Source of the DNA: Chloropicon primus
Lineage: Eukaryota
NCBI GenBank assembly: GCA_023205875.1
Contig: CP060758.1
Location: 124,001-188,000 of the forward strand
DNA: 64,000 nucleotides
Direction: 5' to 3'
Each line of letters opens with the position of its first letter. The stretch's first letter is position 1. A program made the translations under genes and the position numbers. This document shows, piece by piece, positions 54,228 to 64,000 of this stretch. The notes beneath the pieces were generated by a model. It worked only from the letters and a program-made list of their open reading frames with translations, searched no databases and was not told where the DNA came from.

Positions 54228-56237
54228 TTATTGAAGTTTATCATCATCAACCTTTGACGGTGCACCGTCCTTCCTGTGGTCACTGACTGCAACCGCGGTC
54301 CCGTTTTCCATCACTACCATTTGGCAGTTCCCCAGCCCCCCGTTCTCGTGCTTGAGGCGGTGGCCGAAGAGGGGGAGCTGCGTCATGATCTCACGCGAGG
54401 TCTCGTTCTCGTAAAGGAGGTCCTCCGGAAAGAGCTGGTGGTGGAGTCGGGGCTCCTGCAGAGCGTCACTGGGGGAGAGTCTCCTGTCCACGTACCCAAG
54501 GAAAGTTTCCGCGATGGCGGTGATGATTCGGGGACCTCCGCTGCCCCCCAAAACAATCTTCAAGCCCCCGTCGTCCATCCCAGAGGCAATGATCGGGCTC
54601 ATGCTGCTGAGAGGCTTTTTGCCGCCCCTGACGTAGTTCGCCTCCGAGGGGGCCAGCCCATACGTGTTCGGCTGCCCCGGGATCGAAAAGTCGTCCATCT
54701 CGTTGTTCAGGAGGATCCCCGTGGACCGAGACACCAGTTTGCTCCCGAAACCCGTGTTGATGGTCGTGGTCATCGACACCGCGTTCTGATCCGCGTCCAC
54801 AATCGAGAGGTGGCTCGTTCCGTTGTCATCCGGCACGTAAAAGGGCCCGTGGATCCCCCCGTACTCCTCGGCAGGCCTGACCCCGTAGTCCAAGGTCGCG
54901 TCCACCAAGCTCTTCGCGAATTTCGGGGAGACCAAGTCCTCCACCACGCCCTCGATCTTGGCCGCGTCCAAAAAGGGGTCGCTCTTCGTCCCCGGGTCCC
55001 CAAGAGACATTCTCGCCGCAAAGCTGTTCTTCATCGCCTCCACCAGCCAGTGCTTGCCCAGTGCCCCGGACGTCGTCACGGGAAAGCCCCTCGCCTCGAT
55101 CTGCTTCAAGATGGACACGACCACCGCCCCCGAGGAGGGCGGGGGGAGGGTCACCACCCTCATGCCCATCACTTCCGCTTCGAGGACCTCCAGGTTTCGG
55201 GGCTTGGCCTGCTCCAAGTCACCCGTCGTGAGGATTCCGCCGGCCTCCTGCACGTCCCTCGCGAGCCCCCGAGCCAGCTCTCCCTCGTAAAGCACCCGCG
55301 GCCCGTTGATCGCAATCTCCTCCAGCGTCTTGCTCAACCGGGGGCGGCCGCAGCACGTTTCGCCCACTCTCGGGGCCCTGCCGCGGGGCATGAAAATTTT
55401 CCCGAGGTCTGGAAACTTCTCCATGGCGTCCCTGTGGCGCTCCACGCTCCTCACCAAGTACGGGTGGGCGGCGAAGCCCTTGGCGAGCTCCGCCGCCGGC
55501 ATCACCAGATCCTTCCAAGGGAGTCTCCCGTGCCTTTCCCAGGCTCGGTGCAGGCCCAAGATTTCCATGGGGACGGCGACCGCCAGCCCCCCCTCCAGAG
55601 CCTTCTTCGGGTCGCCCACGAACATCCTCTCCGTCGCCAACGCTGGCGCGGGCTCCCTCGCGTCAATGGCCTCCGCGGTCCCGTCCGCGAGCCTGACGAG
55701 GATGAAGGCTCCGCCCCCTATTCCGGATGCAAACGGGTTCTTCACCCCGAGGCAGAACGCCGTCGCCACCGCGGCGTCAACGGCGTGCCCCCCGGCCCTC
55801 AGAGCCCTCGCCCCCTGCTCGGAGCAGTCCCCCTGGTCTGCTGCGACGACCCCGCTCCCCCCCCGCACGACCCTCGACCGGCCCTCGTAGTCCTCGTGCA
55901 GGCTCCTCTCCGGCTCCAGGACGACGCTCCCCCCGCCCCTTCCGCCGTTCACCCCGGCAAAAATTGTCACCACGAGCGTCTCCAGCGCCACCACCACCAG
56001 AAGCGCCAGGCAGAGTCCTGCCAGCGCCGTTCTCGGGTCCCTCCAGGACAACTCCCTCACCCAGTCCCACACCCTTCCTTCCTTCCTCCTCCCGTAAGGG
56101 ACACGTTCCCTCCCCCTCGACCTCGACCTCGATGTCGAGGCCACTCTCCCCTCCTCGTTCCCCTCCTCCTCGTCGTACGACACCTCCCCAAGCTCCACCA
56201 CCTCCTCGTACCTCCCTCTCCCTTCCTGCAGCCCCAT
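54228..56237 (-). CDS. GGT: Gamma-glutamyltransferase (glutathione hydrolase), type II membrane protein
   Basis: GGHAVDAAVA, SGIGGGAF, IDARE, GTSHLS, LNNEMDDF, KKPLSSMSP, GGSGGPRI. Confidence 0.95.
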   Translation of the reverse strand: MGLQEGRGRYEEVVELGEVSYDEEEGNEEGRVASTSRSRSRGRERVPYGRRKEGRVWDWVRELSWRDPRTALAGLCLALLVVVALETLVVTIFAGVNGGRGGGSVVLEPERSLHEDYEGRSRVVRGGSGVVAADQGDCSEQGARALRAGGHAVDAAVATAFCLGVKNPFASGIGGGAFILVRLADGTAEAIDAREPAPALATERMFVGDPKKALEGGLAVAVPMEILGLHRAWERHGRLPWKDLVMPAAELAKGFAAHPYLVRSVERHRDAMEKFPDLGKIFMPRGRAPRVGETCCGRPRLSKTLEEIAINGPRVLYEGELARGLARDVQEAGGILTTGDLEQAKPRNLEVLEAEVMGMRVVTLPPPSSGAVVVSILKQIEARGFPVTTSGALGKHWLVEAMKNSFAARMSLGDPGTKSDPFLDAAKIEGVVEDLVSPKFAKSLVDATLDYGVRPAEEYGGIHGPFYVPDDNGTSHLSIVDADQNAVSMTTTINTGFGSKLVSRSTGILLNNEMDDFSIPGQPNTYGLAPSEANYVRGGKKPLSSMSPIIASGMDDGGLKIVLGGSGGPRIITAIAETFLGYVDRRLSPSDALQEPRLHHQLFPEDLLYENETSREIMTQLPLFGHRLKHENGGLGNCQMVVMENGTAVAVSDHRKDGAPSKVDDDKLQ

Positions 56238-56805
56238 CCTCCACACCACACCACACAACGCAACAGAACAGGACACAGGACACAGGAACGGGAACGCGGC
56301 GAGAAAGGGACGAGTGGAAAGCTCGCGAGATGTAGTTTGCCCTCGACCCGATGAGCCTGAGCCACCCAGTCGTCGTCGTTGTCGCTCGAGGACCCACGAA
56401 AACGAGTTGGGCTCTCTCTCTCTCTACATTTCCAAACATTTCTGGCGGGAAACTCCCCGCGAAATGTTAAAAAATGGGAGCAAATCTTGGCGGGAACGGG
56501 AGTTTTTTGGAACAGGACAGGAAGCGACGGGAGCGCGTGGGTTGGAAGACACGCAAGGCACACACTCACACACACGCAGAGAGAGGGTATTCCTTGGCAT
56601 CTGTCGTGCGCGCTCGGTTATTGGTGTTCGCAGTCGCAAGCCGGCGTTTTTTTATTGTTTTTTTCCTTTATCCGCTTTGTTGTTCAGTTTTGTTTTGATT
56701 GGATCGGTTCACACAACTCGAGGCAAGCAACGGGGGCTCTCGAGATCAATAGAGAAGGAAGGCAGACTCCTCGTGCCCCACTGCCAGCCGACCTTTCAGG
56801 AGACG

Positions 56806-58896
56806 ATGGTTGGAAAGCTTAGAGCCTCCAGAGGAGGTGCGAGGAAAGCGGAGTCTGGCCAAGCTCTGGGTTGCGGCAAGTGCAGGCGCAGTGCCAGGTG
56901 CAAGGCGAGGGTGGCCGCCGGAAAGCCCGCTTGCCCGAATCTAAAACCAGCTGTGGAGAAGAAGGCTGCCGCTGCTGGTGCCCCGAAAGTGAAAGTGGGG
57001 AAGAGGAAGAAGGCTGCTGCTGTTCAGCAGGTGGCTGCTCCATCAACCTCGAAGAGGAACGCCGGGTGCAAGGCGAGGGTGGAGGCCGGCAGGCCCGCCT
57101 GCTCGACACCAAGCCCGGGAGTCCGGGAGAAGAGGAATGCTCCATCAGCAAAGACCAGAAAGTCTTCTGCGATGCCCTCGAAGTTTTACATCCCTCCGCT
57201 CGTCGTGGAGAGTTCTCCAAAGAAGGGAAAGAGCGTCGTCACCAGCAGCACGCCCTCGCCCGAGTGCTCGCCGAGGAAGAGAACTCGCGCCAATCTCCTC
57301 AGCAGCACGCCCTCACCCGAGTGCTCGCCAAGGAAGAGAACTCGCGCCAATGCCATGCGCACTCCAACCAAGAGCAGTGCAGAGGGGAGCAACTCCCCGG
57401 TTCGGGCCGATTCGCCCAAGAGCGTCCTGAACTGGAGTGCCAAGCAATCCCAGGCCCGTAAGCATGGGCAGGAGCGCTGCTTCCCCAAACTTGCCAAGTT
57501 TGTGCGCCCGGTGCACACCCAAATGAAGCCCACGAGCCTCTTTCATAGCAAGGGGGAAGATGCGAGGGCGGTGAGCAGGGCGCCCCCCGGGGGCGTTCTG
57601 GTCGCAAATGCTGCCTCCCCTCCGAGGCAAGAGGACCACGTCTGGAGAAATCCCGATTGGTGGGATTACAAGGACGCCTCCATCTGCAACGCGGCGAAGA
57701 ACGTTCTTCACATGTCCACCTCGTTCGAGACCACCCAGGAGGAGCCAAAGATCAGGAATGAGGAGTGGACAAGCGTCAAGGGCTTTCTGACGGACATGCT
57801 GAGCAAGGCAGAGGCGGGGTCCCTGTACGTGAGTGGGGTTCCCGGTTCCGGGAAGTCCTTCATCGTGCAACAGGCCATCTCCAGCTCCCTCAAGTCCGTT
57901 TTCGGCCAGTCGTCGTCCAAGAAGAGGGCCAGGGTCGTTCACATCAACTGCATGACGCTTCGGGACCCGAGGAGAATATTTGGAATCCTGCTGGAGAAAG
58001 GCTTTGACAGGCAGTGCACCAGCAGCGCCCATGAGAAGGACCCTCGTTACGCGCTCAACCACCTCAGGAAGGCCGCGAGCAGCGGACGCAAGTCGAGGAG
58101 AAACCCGGGGGACATGGTCGTCCTCGTCCTGGACGAGGTGGACCACCTGTATCAGAACCAGGGGGACGTTCTCTACGACCTGTTCTCGCTGGCAGAGATG
58201 AAGAACTCGAACGTCGTCTTTGTCGGCATTGCGAACAGCATCGATTTGACCCTCAGAATGCTCCCTCATCTGCACAACATTGGGGTGGAGCCCACAATGG
58301 TGAACTTCCGAGCCTACACCCACGGCGACCTGTTTGCCCTGATGCAGGAAAGGCTGCACTCCTTGGACGGCCCCGTCTTTGATTCCAAAGCGGTTGAGCT
58401 GTGCTGCAGGAAGATTGCCGCGTCCTCTGGGGACATGCGGCAGTGCCTGAACGCAGCTTATGCTGCGCTCGAGAATTACATTGCGCAGAGGAAGGCGAGC
58501 GAGAATCCAGAGGCCGGGAAGAGGTTCGTTGACCTGCAGCACATGTCCTTGGCCCTGGGAAAGTGTCTGAAAATGCCCATCATCAATGGGATGAGAGCCC
58601 TGCCCCAACACCAGCAGATGATCTTGTGCTCCATCGCTCTGTTGAAAGACGCCGGAGAAGTCCTTCTGACTTCTTTGTTCACCAAGTACACTGACCTGTG
58701 CAAGAGCACCAAAATCTGCGGGCTCGCGTTCAACGAGTTCGAGAACGCGTGCACCTCTCTGCACGACCAGGGCTTGGTGGCCCTGAACAAGAAGAAGAAC
58801 TTGCACTCAAAGACGCTGAAGTTGAAGGTTAAGATGGGCGACATCGTCTTTGCGCTCCAAGGCATCCGCTTCTTTCATAACATTCTGTGTGTTTAG
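56806..58896 (+). CDS. CDC6: Cell division control protein 6 (AAA+ replication licensing factor)
   Basis: SLYVSGVPGSGKS, INCM, LVLDEVD, GIANSIDL, SGDMR and a winged-helix C-terminus; CDK-site-rich N-terminus. Confidence 0.9.
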   Translation: MVGKLRASRGGARKAESGQALGCGKCRRSARCKARVAAGKPACPNLKPAVEKKAAAAGAPKVKVGKRKKAAAVQQVAAPSTSKRNAGCKARVEAGRPACSTPSPGVREKRNAPSAKTRKSSAMPSKFYIPPLVVESSPKKGKSVVTSSTPSPECSPRKRTRANLLSSTPSPECSPRKRTRANAMRTPTKSSAEGSNSPVRADSPKSVLNWSAKQSQARKHGQERCFPKLAKFVRPVHTQMKPTSLFHSKGEDARAVSRAPPGGVLVANAASPPRQEDHVWRNPDWWDYKDASICNAAKNVLHMSTSFETTQEEPKIRNEEWTSVKGFLTDMLSKAEAGSLYVSGVPGSGKSFIVQQAISSSLKSVFGQSSSKKRARVVHINCMTLRDPRRIFGILLEKGFDRQCTSSAHEKDPRYALNHLRKAASSGRKSRRNPGDMVVLVLDEVDHLYQNQGDVLYDLFSLAEMKNSNVVFVGIANSIDLTLRMLPHLHNIGVEPTMVNFRAYTHGDLFALMQERLHSLDGPVFDSKAVELCCRKIAASSGDMRQCLNAAYAALENYIAQRKASENPEAGKRFVDLQHMSLALGKCLKMPIINGMRALPQHQQMILCSIALLKDAGEVLLTSLFTKYTDLCKSTKICGLAFNEFENACTSLHDQGLVALNKKKNLHSKTLKLKVKMGDIVFALQGIRFFHNILCV

Positions 58897-58981
58897 ATAT
58901 TCTGTACCATAATACATTGTTTACTATTTCTTTTTAAGTCAACGTGGTTCAGCTGTTTACGAGCTAGGAGGAGGCAAAGCA

Positions 58982-61900
58982 TCAGCCCTCTGTGCTCAGC
59001 TTCTCCAGATCCCACTTGTTCTCCCTACCCCATTTGTACATCTCTTGCAGCTTTGCTTTCAAGGTGCCAGACTCCTTCAACTCGCAGTACACGTCGTAAA
59101 GCTCTAGGGCAATGTTAGCATCCTCAATCGAGTCGTGGGTCACGCCCTGGATGTCCTTCTTCAACAGGTAAGCCGCCAGGAACCTGAGGGAAAAGTACCT
59201 CTGGTGCGCAAGGCGGAAGAGCTCCACCGTATCAATGATCTGATCCGGGGGGACGGTGATATTTATCATCTTGAAATCATTCTTCAAGCCATGGCCAACA
59301 AAATGGCAGCCCTGGTCGACCAGGTACCTGAGCTTCATGTACGTCTTCTTAAGTGTTGTCAAGTGGTGTTTTGATCGCCCGACATCGAGATCTCCCTCAA
59401 GCAAGCCACTGTATCGGGTCAGGTAATCGTACACAGGCTCCACTGCTCGCACGTAATCGTCAATGAAACACACGTTCTTCAAGGGGCCCTGGCCTCTCAC
59501 TACACTCACCCTGGCAAGGACAAGGCGAGCATTCTTGAGGATGGTCTCGGATCCATCCGGGTGCAGCTGCTTGTCCGTCTTGGACAAGGCTACGAACTCG
59601 CAATCAATTCCAACGATTTTCATACCAGTTACTCCAGGAGACTCCGTTTTGGGGTTCAGCGATGTAAACGTGTTCTTTAGCTGCCTTCCGTACGTAAGGG
59701 GCTTCTCACCGCAAAGGCTGTGGAAGCCGTCCTTTGTCAGATCTGGCGTAGACTTCAAACCCTTCTTCGCGACATCCTGACTACCAGTCTTGGCGAAGAA
59801 AAGCATGCATGGAACCTTCTTGTGGCCGTACATTTGCATGACGTCCTTCATGTCCGTGGGGGTCACACAAAAGTCGTTGAAAAGCATCCACTTTCCTTCC
59901 TTACGGGCGGCATCAGCGGTGTTGTACACAGGGTGGACCTTGACGTGGGCAACGAAGTGCGCATCGGTATCAGTGATGCTGTCCACGTTAGTGTCCGGGT
60001 CAATGTAATCGTTCTTGCCACGCTCGTCAATGAGCATCGAAATCATGGAAATCAGGTCGTACTCGGTCCACTGGTCGTCGTCAACCTGGCCATCATCTCC
60101 TGACATGGCCAGGATGTGGCCTTTGGCCTTATCTGTCTTCAGATAAAACTTGGTCTTGAACCAAGGAGTTCCGTTCTGCGTGGAGCTGAAGAACTTCAAT
60201 TGCTGCAGGTTTTTGACGTTGCAATTGATTGCCAAAACATTAGGCAGCGAGCTCACTATCCTCTTCTGCGTCATGGGCACGTACGCATTGCAAGAATTGC
60301 ACCAGGCTCTGATGCTGCTTTCGGACATGAGGGATTCCTGGAGCAGCTCCACAAACTTCTTCTCCACATTAGTGTCCTTCGGCAGCTGCACGCTAGTCTG
60401 AAAGTAAAGGCTGTCCTTCTTGGTGACATGCCCTTTTGTGCACTTGTTGATGACGCTGTTTGTGAACCCGTACACGCTCTTTGCCAAAGTTTTGCAATCC
60501 GAAGAAGACTTCAGCTTTTTCAATTCGAGCTCCTCCTTGTGCAAGTGCTCACACAAAAATCTGAAAAGTGTCTGGATTCTACGGAACAAGCTCTGCTCCT
60601 TGTTCACATCAGCTTCGATCTCCCTGGTGCTTCTGCAGATTTGGGCGTCCATTGTTGACGACAGAACACCCACGTTCAAGGCGTCTTGGGACTGCATGAG
60701 GGCCCTCATCAAGTTCTGGGCCTGGCAAGGCAGGTCGCCCTGCGCCTGCCTCAGCATGTAGACAAGGAACGACAGCTCATCCCTGATGCAGAACTCAACG
60801 TTTGGGTCCGGAGTGCTCCTCAGAAGCTCGTTGCAGAACGGGTAAGTGAAGTACAGCACCTGGAGCAAGGGGTTGCAATAGCAATTGGGAAGATTGTTCT
60901 CCAGGCCTGCGAATTTCGTGGTGTTGTAGAACTTGAAGTCAAACTCCACAAACTTCTCTTGCGGCCCCCCTCCTTGGATTTGCTTGTAGAGGTACTTGCC
61001 AGGAACGAAAACGTCTTTCGCTTTGCGGTCCCGCCTCCTGTGCTGGCGAGAGATCGGGTTCGAGATCCTGTAATTCAAATTCTTCAAGATTTCCTCATTC
61101 TTGTTCGATATCCGAACAACAGACAACTTGGAGTCCACCATGGTCATCTCCCTCGCCACTTGGGGGTAGAGATCACGGGGCGGGAACCCGACGGCCATGT
61201 CCTGCTGTCCAAAGTCGGACAAGAGGGGCTCACTTGGGTCGTGGCCGTACTGCGGCACGCAGGCCAAGGGCCCGCTCTCGTCCATTTGAAACGTGCTGCA
61301 CGATTCGAAGGACGAATCCGAGGCCGCGGGAAGCGGCATGGACATGATGTTGAGGGTCGACTCCACGTCGTTGCCCCAAAGTTGCAAGTTCCCGATGTTG
61401 TCCCCGAACAGGAACACGTCCCCGGAGTAGGAGATATCTCCGGCAGAGAATTGCACGCCCTCTTGAGCGTAAGGGTTGCTGCTCTGCAGCTGGAACTGCT
61501 GCACGACCTGGCCATGGCCGCCGCTCACATCGGTGAGGGACACGATGCCGGCCTCCGAGAAGGACATGAAACAGTCGCTGAACTTTGGGTGACACGTGAT
61601 GCTGACGGGAGCGAATCCGCAAAGCACCTGCGTCACCGCTCTTACGGCGTACCTCACGTCAAAGACCTTGATGTAAGGGTCTCTAACAAAGCCACCGTCC
61701 GTGCCGTAGCGGCTCTTGCTGTAGCCGCAGCAGACCACGAGGTCCGAGTTCAGCGACTGGGTCTTGATGCATCCGATCGCGCCGCTGAAGCACGAGAGCG
61801 AGGGCTGGATGGCGCAGAGCCTCCTCTCCCTAAAGTCGGTGACGACCATGTTGCCCCCCTTGGGACTGTTCAGGGCGCAGATGACGCCCCTGCGGTAAGG

Positions 61901-62527
61901 GGCCACGCAAGTCACGCCGCTCAGGGGGCTGTTCACCAGAGGAGCAAAGGTTTTGTCAGGCCAGCAGCACGCGACCATCTCGCCCTCCCTCGAAAAGTCC
62001 ACCAGGGAGACCGCGCCCTCGCTGTGCCCGACGCTGATCGTGCTCGATCCCGGATACGTCGCCTCGATGCAAGCCGCCGTCGCCGGTTTCGACTTTCCCT
62101 GCAGCGCCTGGTGCTTGTTCCACTTGAGCGCCTCTATCTTGCGGGAAAATCTCGTGAACCCTCCCACGTCGCTCAGGGTGAGCAGCTCCTTGGTGCAACT
62201 GCCCACCAGGGCCTCGGTGCCCACGGGCGTCAAGTCCAGAACGGCCGGCGTCATCTGCAAGTGGGGCGGCAAGTTCTGAACCTTGTCGGACGCGTTCGCC
62301 CGCCCTGGGTTCCAGCAAGCGTACTGCTCCAGGGTGCTCCCATCCAGGGCGCACACGTCTCCCGTGCTCCCCCCCAGCCAAACCACCTCGCGCCTCGGGT
62401 CCGCCCTCACCACATTGATTCCTCCGTATATCTGCGTCATCCCGAGGCACAGCGGCACACCCGCTTCCCTTTCCTCCCCACCCTCCAGGCCAAGGCCTCC
62501 CAGCTCATCCCCTTCCGCCATCGCCAT
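58982..62527 (-). CDS. PAN2: PAN2 deadenylase catalytic subunit
   Basis: WD40-like N-terminus; inactive UCH domain (GLENNLPNCYCNPLLQ); DEDD exonuclease (GIDCEFV, VGHGLKNDF, HDSIEDA). Confidence 0.95.
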   Translation of the reverse strand: MAMAEGDELGGLGLEGGEEREAGVPLCLGMTQIYGGINVVRADPRREVVWLGGSTGDVCALDGSTLEQYACWNPGRANASDKVQNLPPHLQMTPAVLDLTPVGTEALVGSCTKELLTLSDVGGFTRFSRKIEALKWNKHQALQGKSKPATAACIEATYPGSSTISVGHSEGAVSLVDFSREGEMVACCWPDKTFAPLVNSPLSGVTCVAPYRRGVICALNSPKGGNMVVTDFRERRLCAIQPSLSCFSGAIGCIKTQSLNSDLVVCCGYSKSRYGTDGGFVRDPYIKVFDVRYAVRAVTQVLCGFAPVSITCHPKFSDCFMSFSEAGIVSLTDVSGGHGQVVQQFQLQSSNPYAQEGVQFSAGDISYSGDVFLFGDNIGNLQLWGNDVESTLNIMSMPLPAASDSSFESCSTFQMDESGPLACVPQYGHDPSEPLLSDFGQQDMAVGFPPRDLYPQVAREMTMVDSKLSVVRISNKNEEILKNLNYRISNPISRQHRRRDRKAKDVFVPGKYLYKQIQGGGPQEKFVEFDFKFYNTTKFAGLENNLPNCYCNPLLQVLYFTYPFCNELLRSTPDPNVEFCIRDELSFLVYMLRQAQGDLPCQAQNLMRALMQSQDALNVGVLSSTMDAQICRSTREIEADVNKEQSLFRRIQTLFRFLCEHLHKEELELKKLKSSSDCKTLAKSVYGFTNSVINKCTKGHVTKKDSLYFQTSVQLPKDTNVEKKFVELLQESLMSESSIRAWCNSCNAYVPMTQKRIVSSLPNVLAINCNVKNLQQLKFFSSTQNGTPWFKTKFYLKTDKAKGHILAMSGDDGQVDDDQWTEYDLISMISMLIDERGKNDYIDPDTNVDSITDTDAHFVAHVKVHPVYNTADAARKEGKWMLFNDFCVTPTDMKDVMQMYGHKKVPCMLFFAKTGSQDVAKKGLKSTPDLTKDGFHSLCGEKPLTYGRQLKNTFTSLNPKTESPGVTGMKIVGIDCEFVALSKTDKQLHPDGSETILKNARLVLARVSVVRGQGPLKNVCFIDDYVRAVEPVYDYLTRYSGLLEGDLDVGRSKHHLTTLKKTYMKLRYLVDQGCHFVGHGLKNDFKMINITVPPDQIIDTVELFRLAHQRYFSLRFLAAYLLKKDIQGVTHDSIEDANIALELYDVYCELKESGTLKAKLQEMYKWGRENKWDLEKLSTEG

Positions 62528-63110
62528 CACGACGCACGGGAACTCTTCCCCTTCGCTACCAGACCCTCGCTCTTCCCCTCCCCTCCACCAACGCCTTCGA
62601 GACAACCTCGATGCGGAATCCCTAGCCCCTCTCGTCCCACCCTCTGCCTCTTCCTCTCTCTTCCTCTCTCCCTCGTTTCCCGTCCTCCAATCCTCACCAG
62701 AGCGCCGTTTTCCTCGAGCGAGGGCTCTTTCGAAAGAGCAACACAACACAATCCGATCGATCTTCCTTACAACACTACCTCGATGCCTCTCCTCCTTCCT
62801 AACCCTTCCCCTCTCCTCCCCCCTCCCTCCCCCCCAAGTGATCGCGACGATCGATAGTTTCCCGCTCCTCCGAACGTTCGATGGGAGAAATTAGAGCCGC
62901 CAAGAGCGAGGAAGAGAGCGAAGAGCACACAACAGAAGAGCGCAGCAACTGGAGCCGCTCGACTCAACTTGAACGCGTCGGCGTGAACGAACGCGCGCGC
63001 TCTCTCTCTTGTTGTTGGCGTAACAGAAGCCTTTCGGTTACGGTTCTCTAGTGGAGCGAGTCGGTTCCCTTTTTTTTTTTTTGTGTGTGTGTGTGTTTGT
63101 GTTTTTTGTC

Positions 63111-64000
63111 ATGGGAGGAAAGAGAGTGGAGAGACCACCGGAGGGTGTGGAGTTCCCTTTGGATGAGAGCAACAGGAGGTCGACGTTGGCCCTGAACGCG
63201 GCGGCGTTCGCGGCCTCGGTGGACGGGGTGGATCCAACGCTCGCGGCTAGGATCAGGACGGACGCGCCAAAGTGGAGGAAGAGGTACGCAAAGTACGTCG
63301 TGGAGAACGTGAAGACTTCCGCCAAGAGCGAGAAGAATGCTCTCGACGTTGCCAACGCGGGCTTGGACTACCTTCACGAGAACATGGTGTTCGTCCGGAA
63401 CGAGAGGTCCATGCCGCTGAGGACGGCCATGAGCGAGTTCAAGTCGGACACCTTCGCAACTGGGACGATCAAGGGCAAGGGGAGAGTCAAAGGAAAGCAC
63501 GAGTACGAGGTTCCCTACAAGAACAAAGTTCTCAGAGGGGACGACCTCTTGGTGCAGATCGATAGGTGGGTGAGCCAAGGCGTCATCGAGGTCTCGTGTG
63601 GCCACGCTCTGAACGAGGTGGCGAGAACCGAGTCGTGGCTCGACTTGAGCGGCCTCTACTTTGTGATGCTTGGCGCGTCTTCCGCCATGGGACCGTTTGA
63701 GTTCCTCATGTCTCACGGCGCGAACGTGATCGCCGTGGACATCGACAGGCCGCACATCTGGAAGAAGCTTATCGGCATCGCGAAGAACTCTGCGGGAACC
63801 TTGACCTTTCCTCTCAAGAAGGCCCAGGGGTCTCAGAGCGAGGCCTCCTTGGCGGAGAACGCGGGGTGCAACTTGCTGACCCAAACTCCAGAGATCAGGA
63901 ACTGGTTGCAGGGTATCCACAAGGGCAAGAGCCTCATCATCGGCTCGTACGCCTACCTCGACGGCGCCCTCTTCGTGAAGCTGTCCATGGCCATGGACGC
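63111..64000 (+). CDS. Uncharacterised protein with Rossmann-like motif; runs off the window end
   Basis: Open frame from ATG 63111 (MGGKRVERPPEGVEFP...FVMLGASSAMGPFEFLMSHGANVIAVDI...). Not in the ORF track because it has no stop in the window. Confidence 0.75.
   Translation, partial: MGGKRVERPPEGVEFPLDESNRRSTLALNAAAFAASVDGVDPTLAARIRTDAPKWRKRYAKYVVENVKTSAKSEKNALDVANAGLDYLHENMVFVRNERSMPLRTAMSEFKSDTFATGTIKGKGRVKGKHEYEVPYKNKVLRGDDLLVQIDRWVSQGVIEVSCGHALNEVARTESWLDLSGLYFVMLGASSAMGPFEFLMSHGANVIAVDIDRPHIWKKLIGIAKNSAGTLTFPLKKAQGSQSEASLAENAGCNLLTQTPEIRNWLQGIHKGKSLIIGSYAYLDGALFVKLSMAMD

Noticed and set aside
1..64000. tRNA or rRNA genes
   Set aside because: No cloverleaf or rRNA-like sequence was recognised; a tRNAscan-SE or Rfam run would be needed to exclude them formally.

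Overview
Gene-dense, GC-rich eukaryotic nuclear DNA with short GT-AG introns, transit-peptide-like N-termini and many microsatellites. It is most consistent with a compact green-algal genome; a Chloropicon-like host is my inference. Most of the window is housekeeping genes: GATA factor, mitochondrial S15 and L12, BDP1, prohibitin, NIT2, C9orf78, a YqeH/BPG2 GTPase, CPSF3, NDPK, NOC4, LMF, ABCG, APS reductase, legumain, GPATCH4-like, a pseudouridine synthase, GGT, CDC6 and PAN2. The main accessory island lies between LMF and ABCG (~29.6-33.8 kb). It holds an intact, intronless Fanzor1/TnpB-family RNA-guided nuclease gene (30783-32831, minus strand) and a candidate omegaRNA with pseudoknot-type complementarity just after its stop codon. 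Beyond that is a co-oriented mosaic of truncated gene fragments (alpha/beta hydrolase, proteasome alpha-6-like, WDR12-like). Upstream of the nuclease is a strongly structured ~500-bp non-coding block ending in a perfect hairpin. No transposase is present. Other accessory features are a tandem array of secreted repeat-domain proteins (1-3650) and an ankyrin-like repeat gene flanked by ~77-bp direct repeats. All family calls are from motif recognition by eye; no database search or folding program was run.
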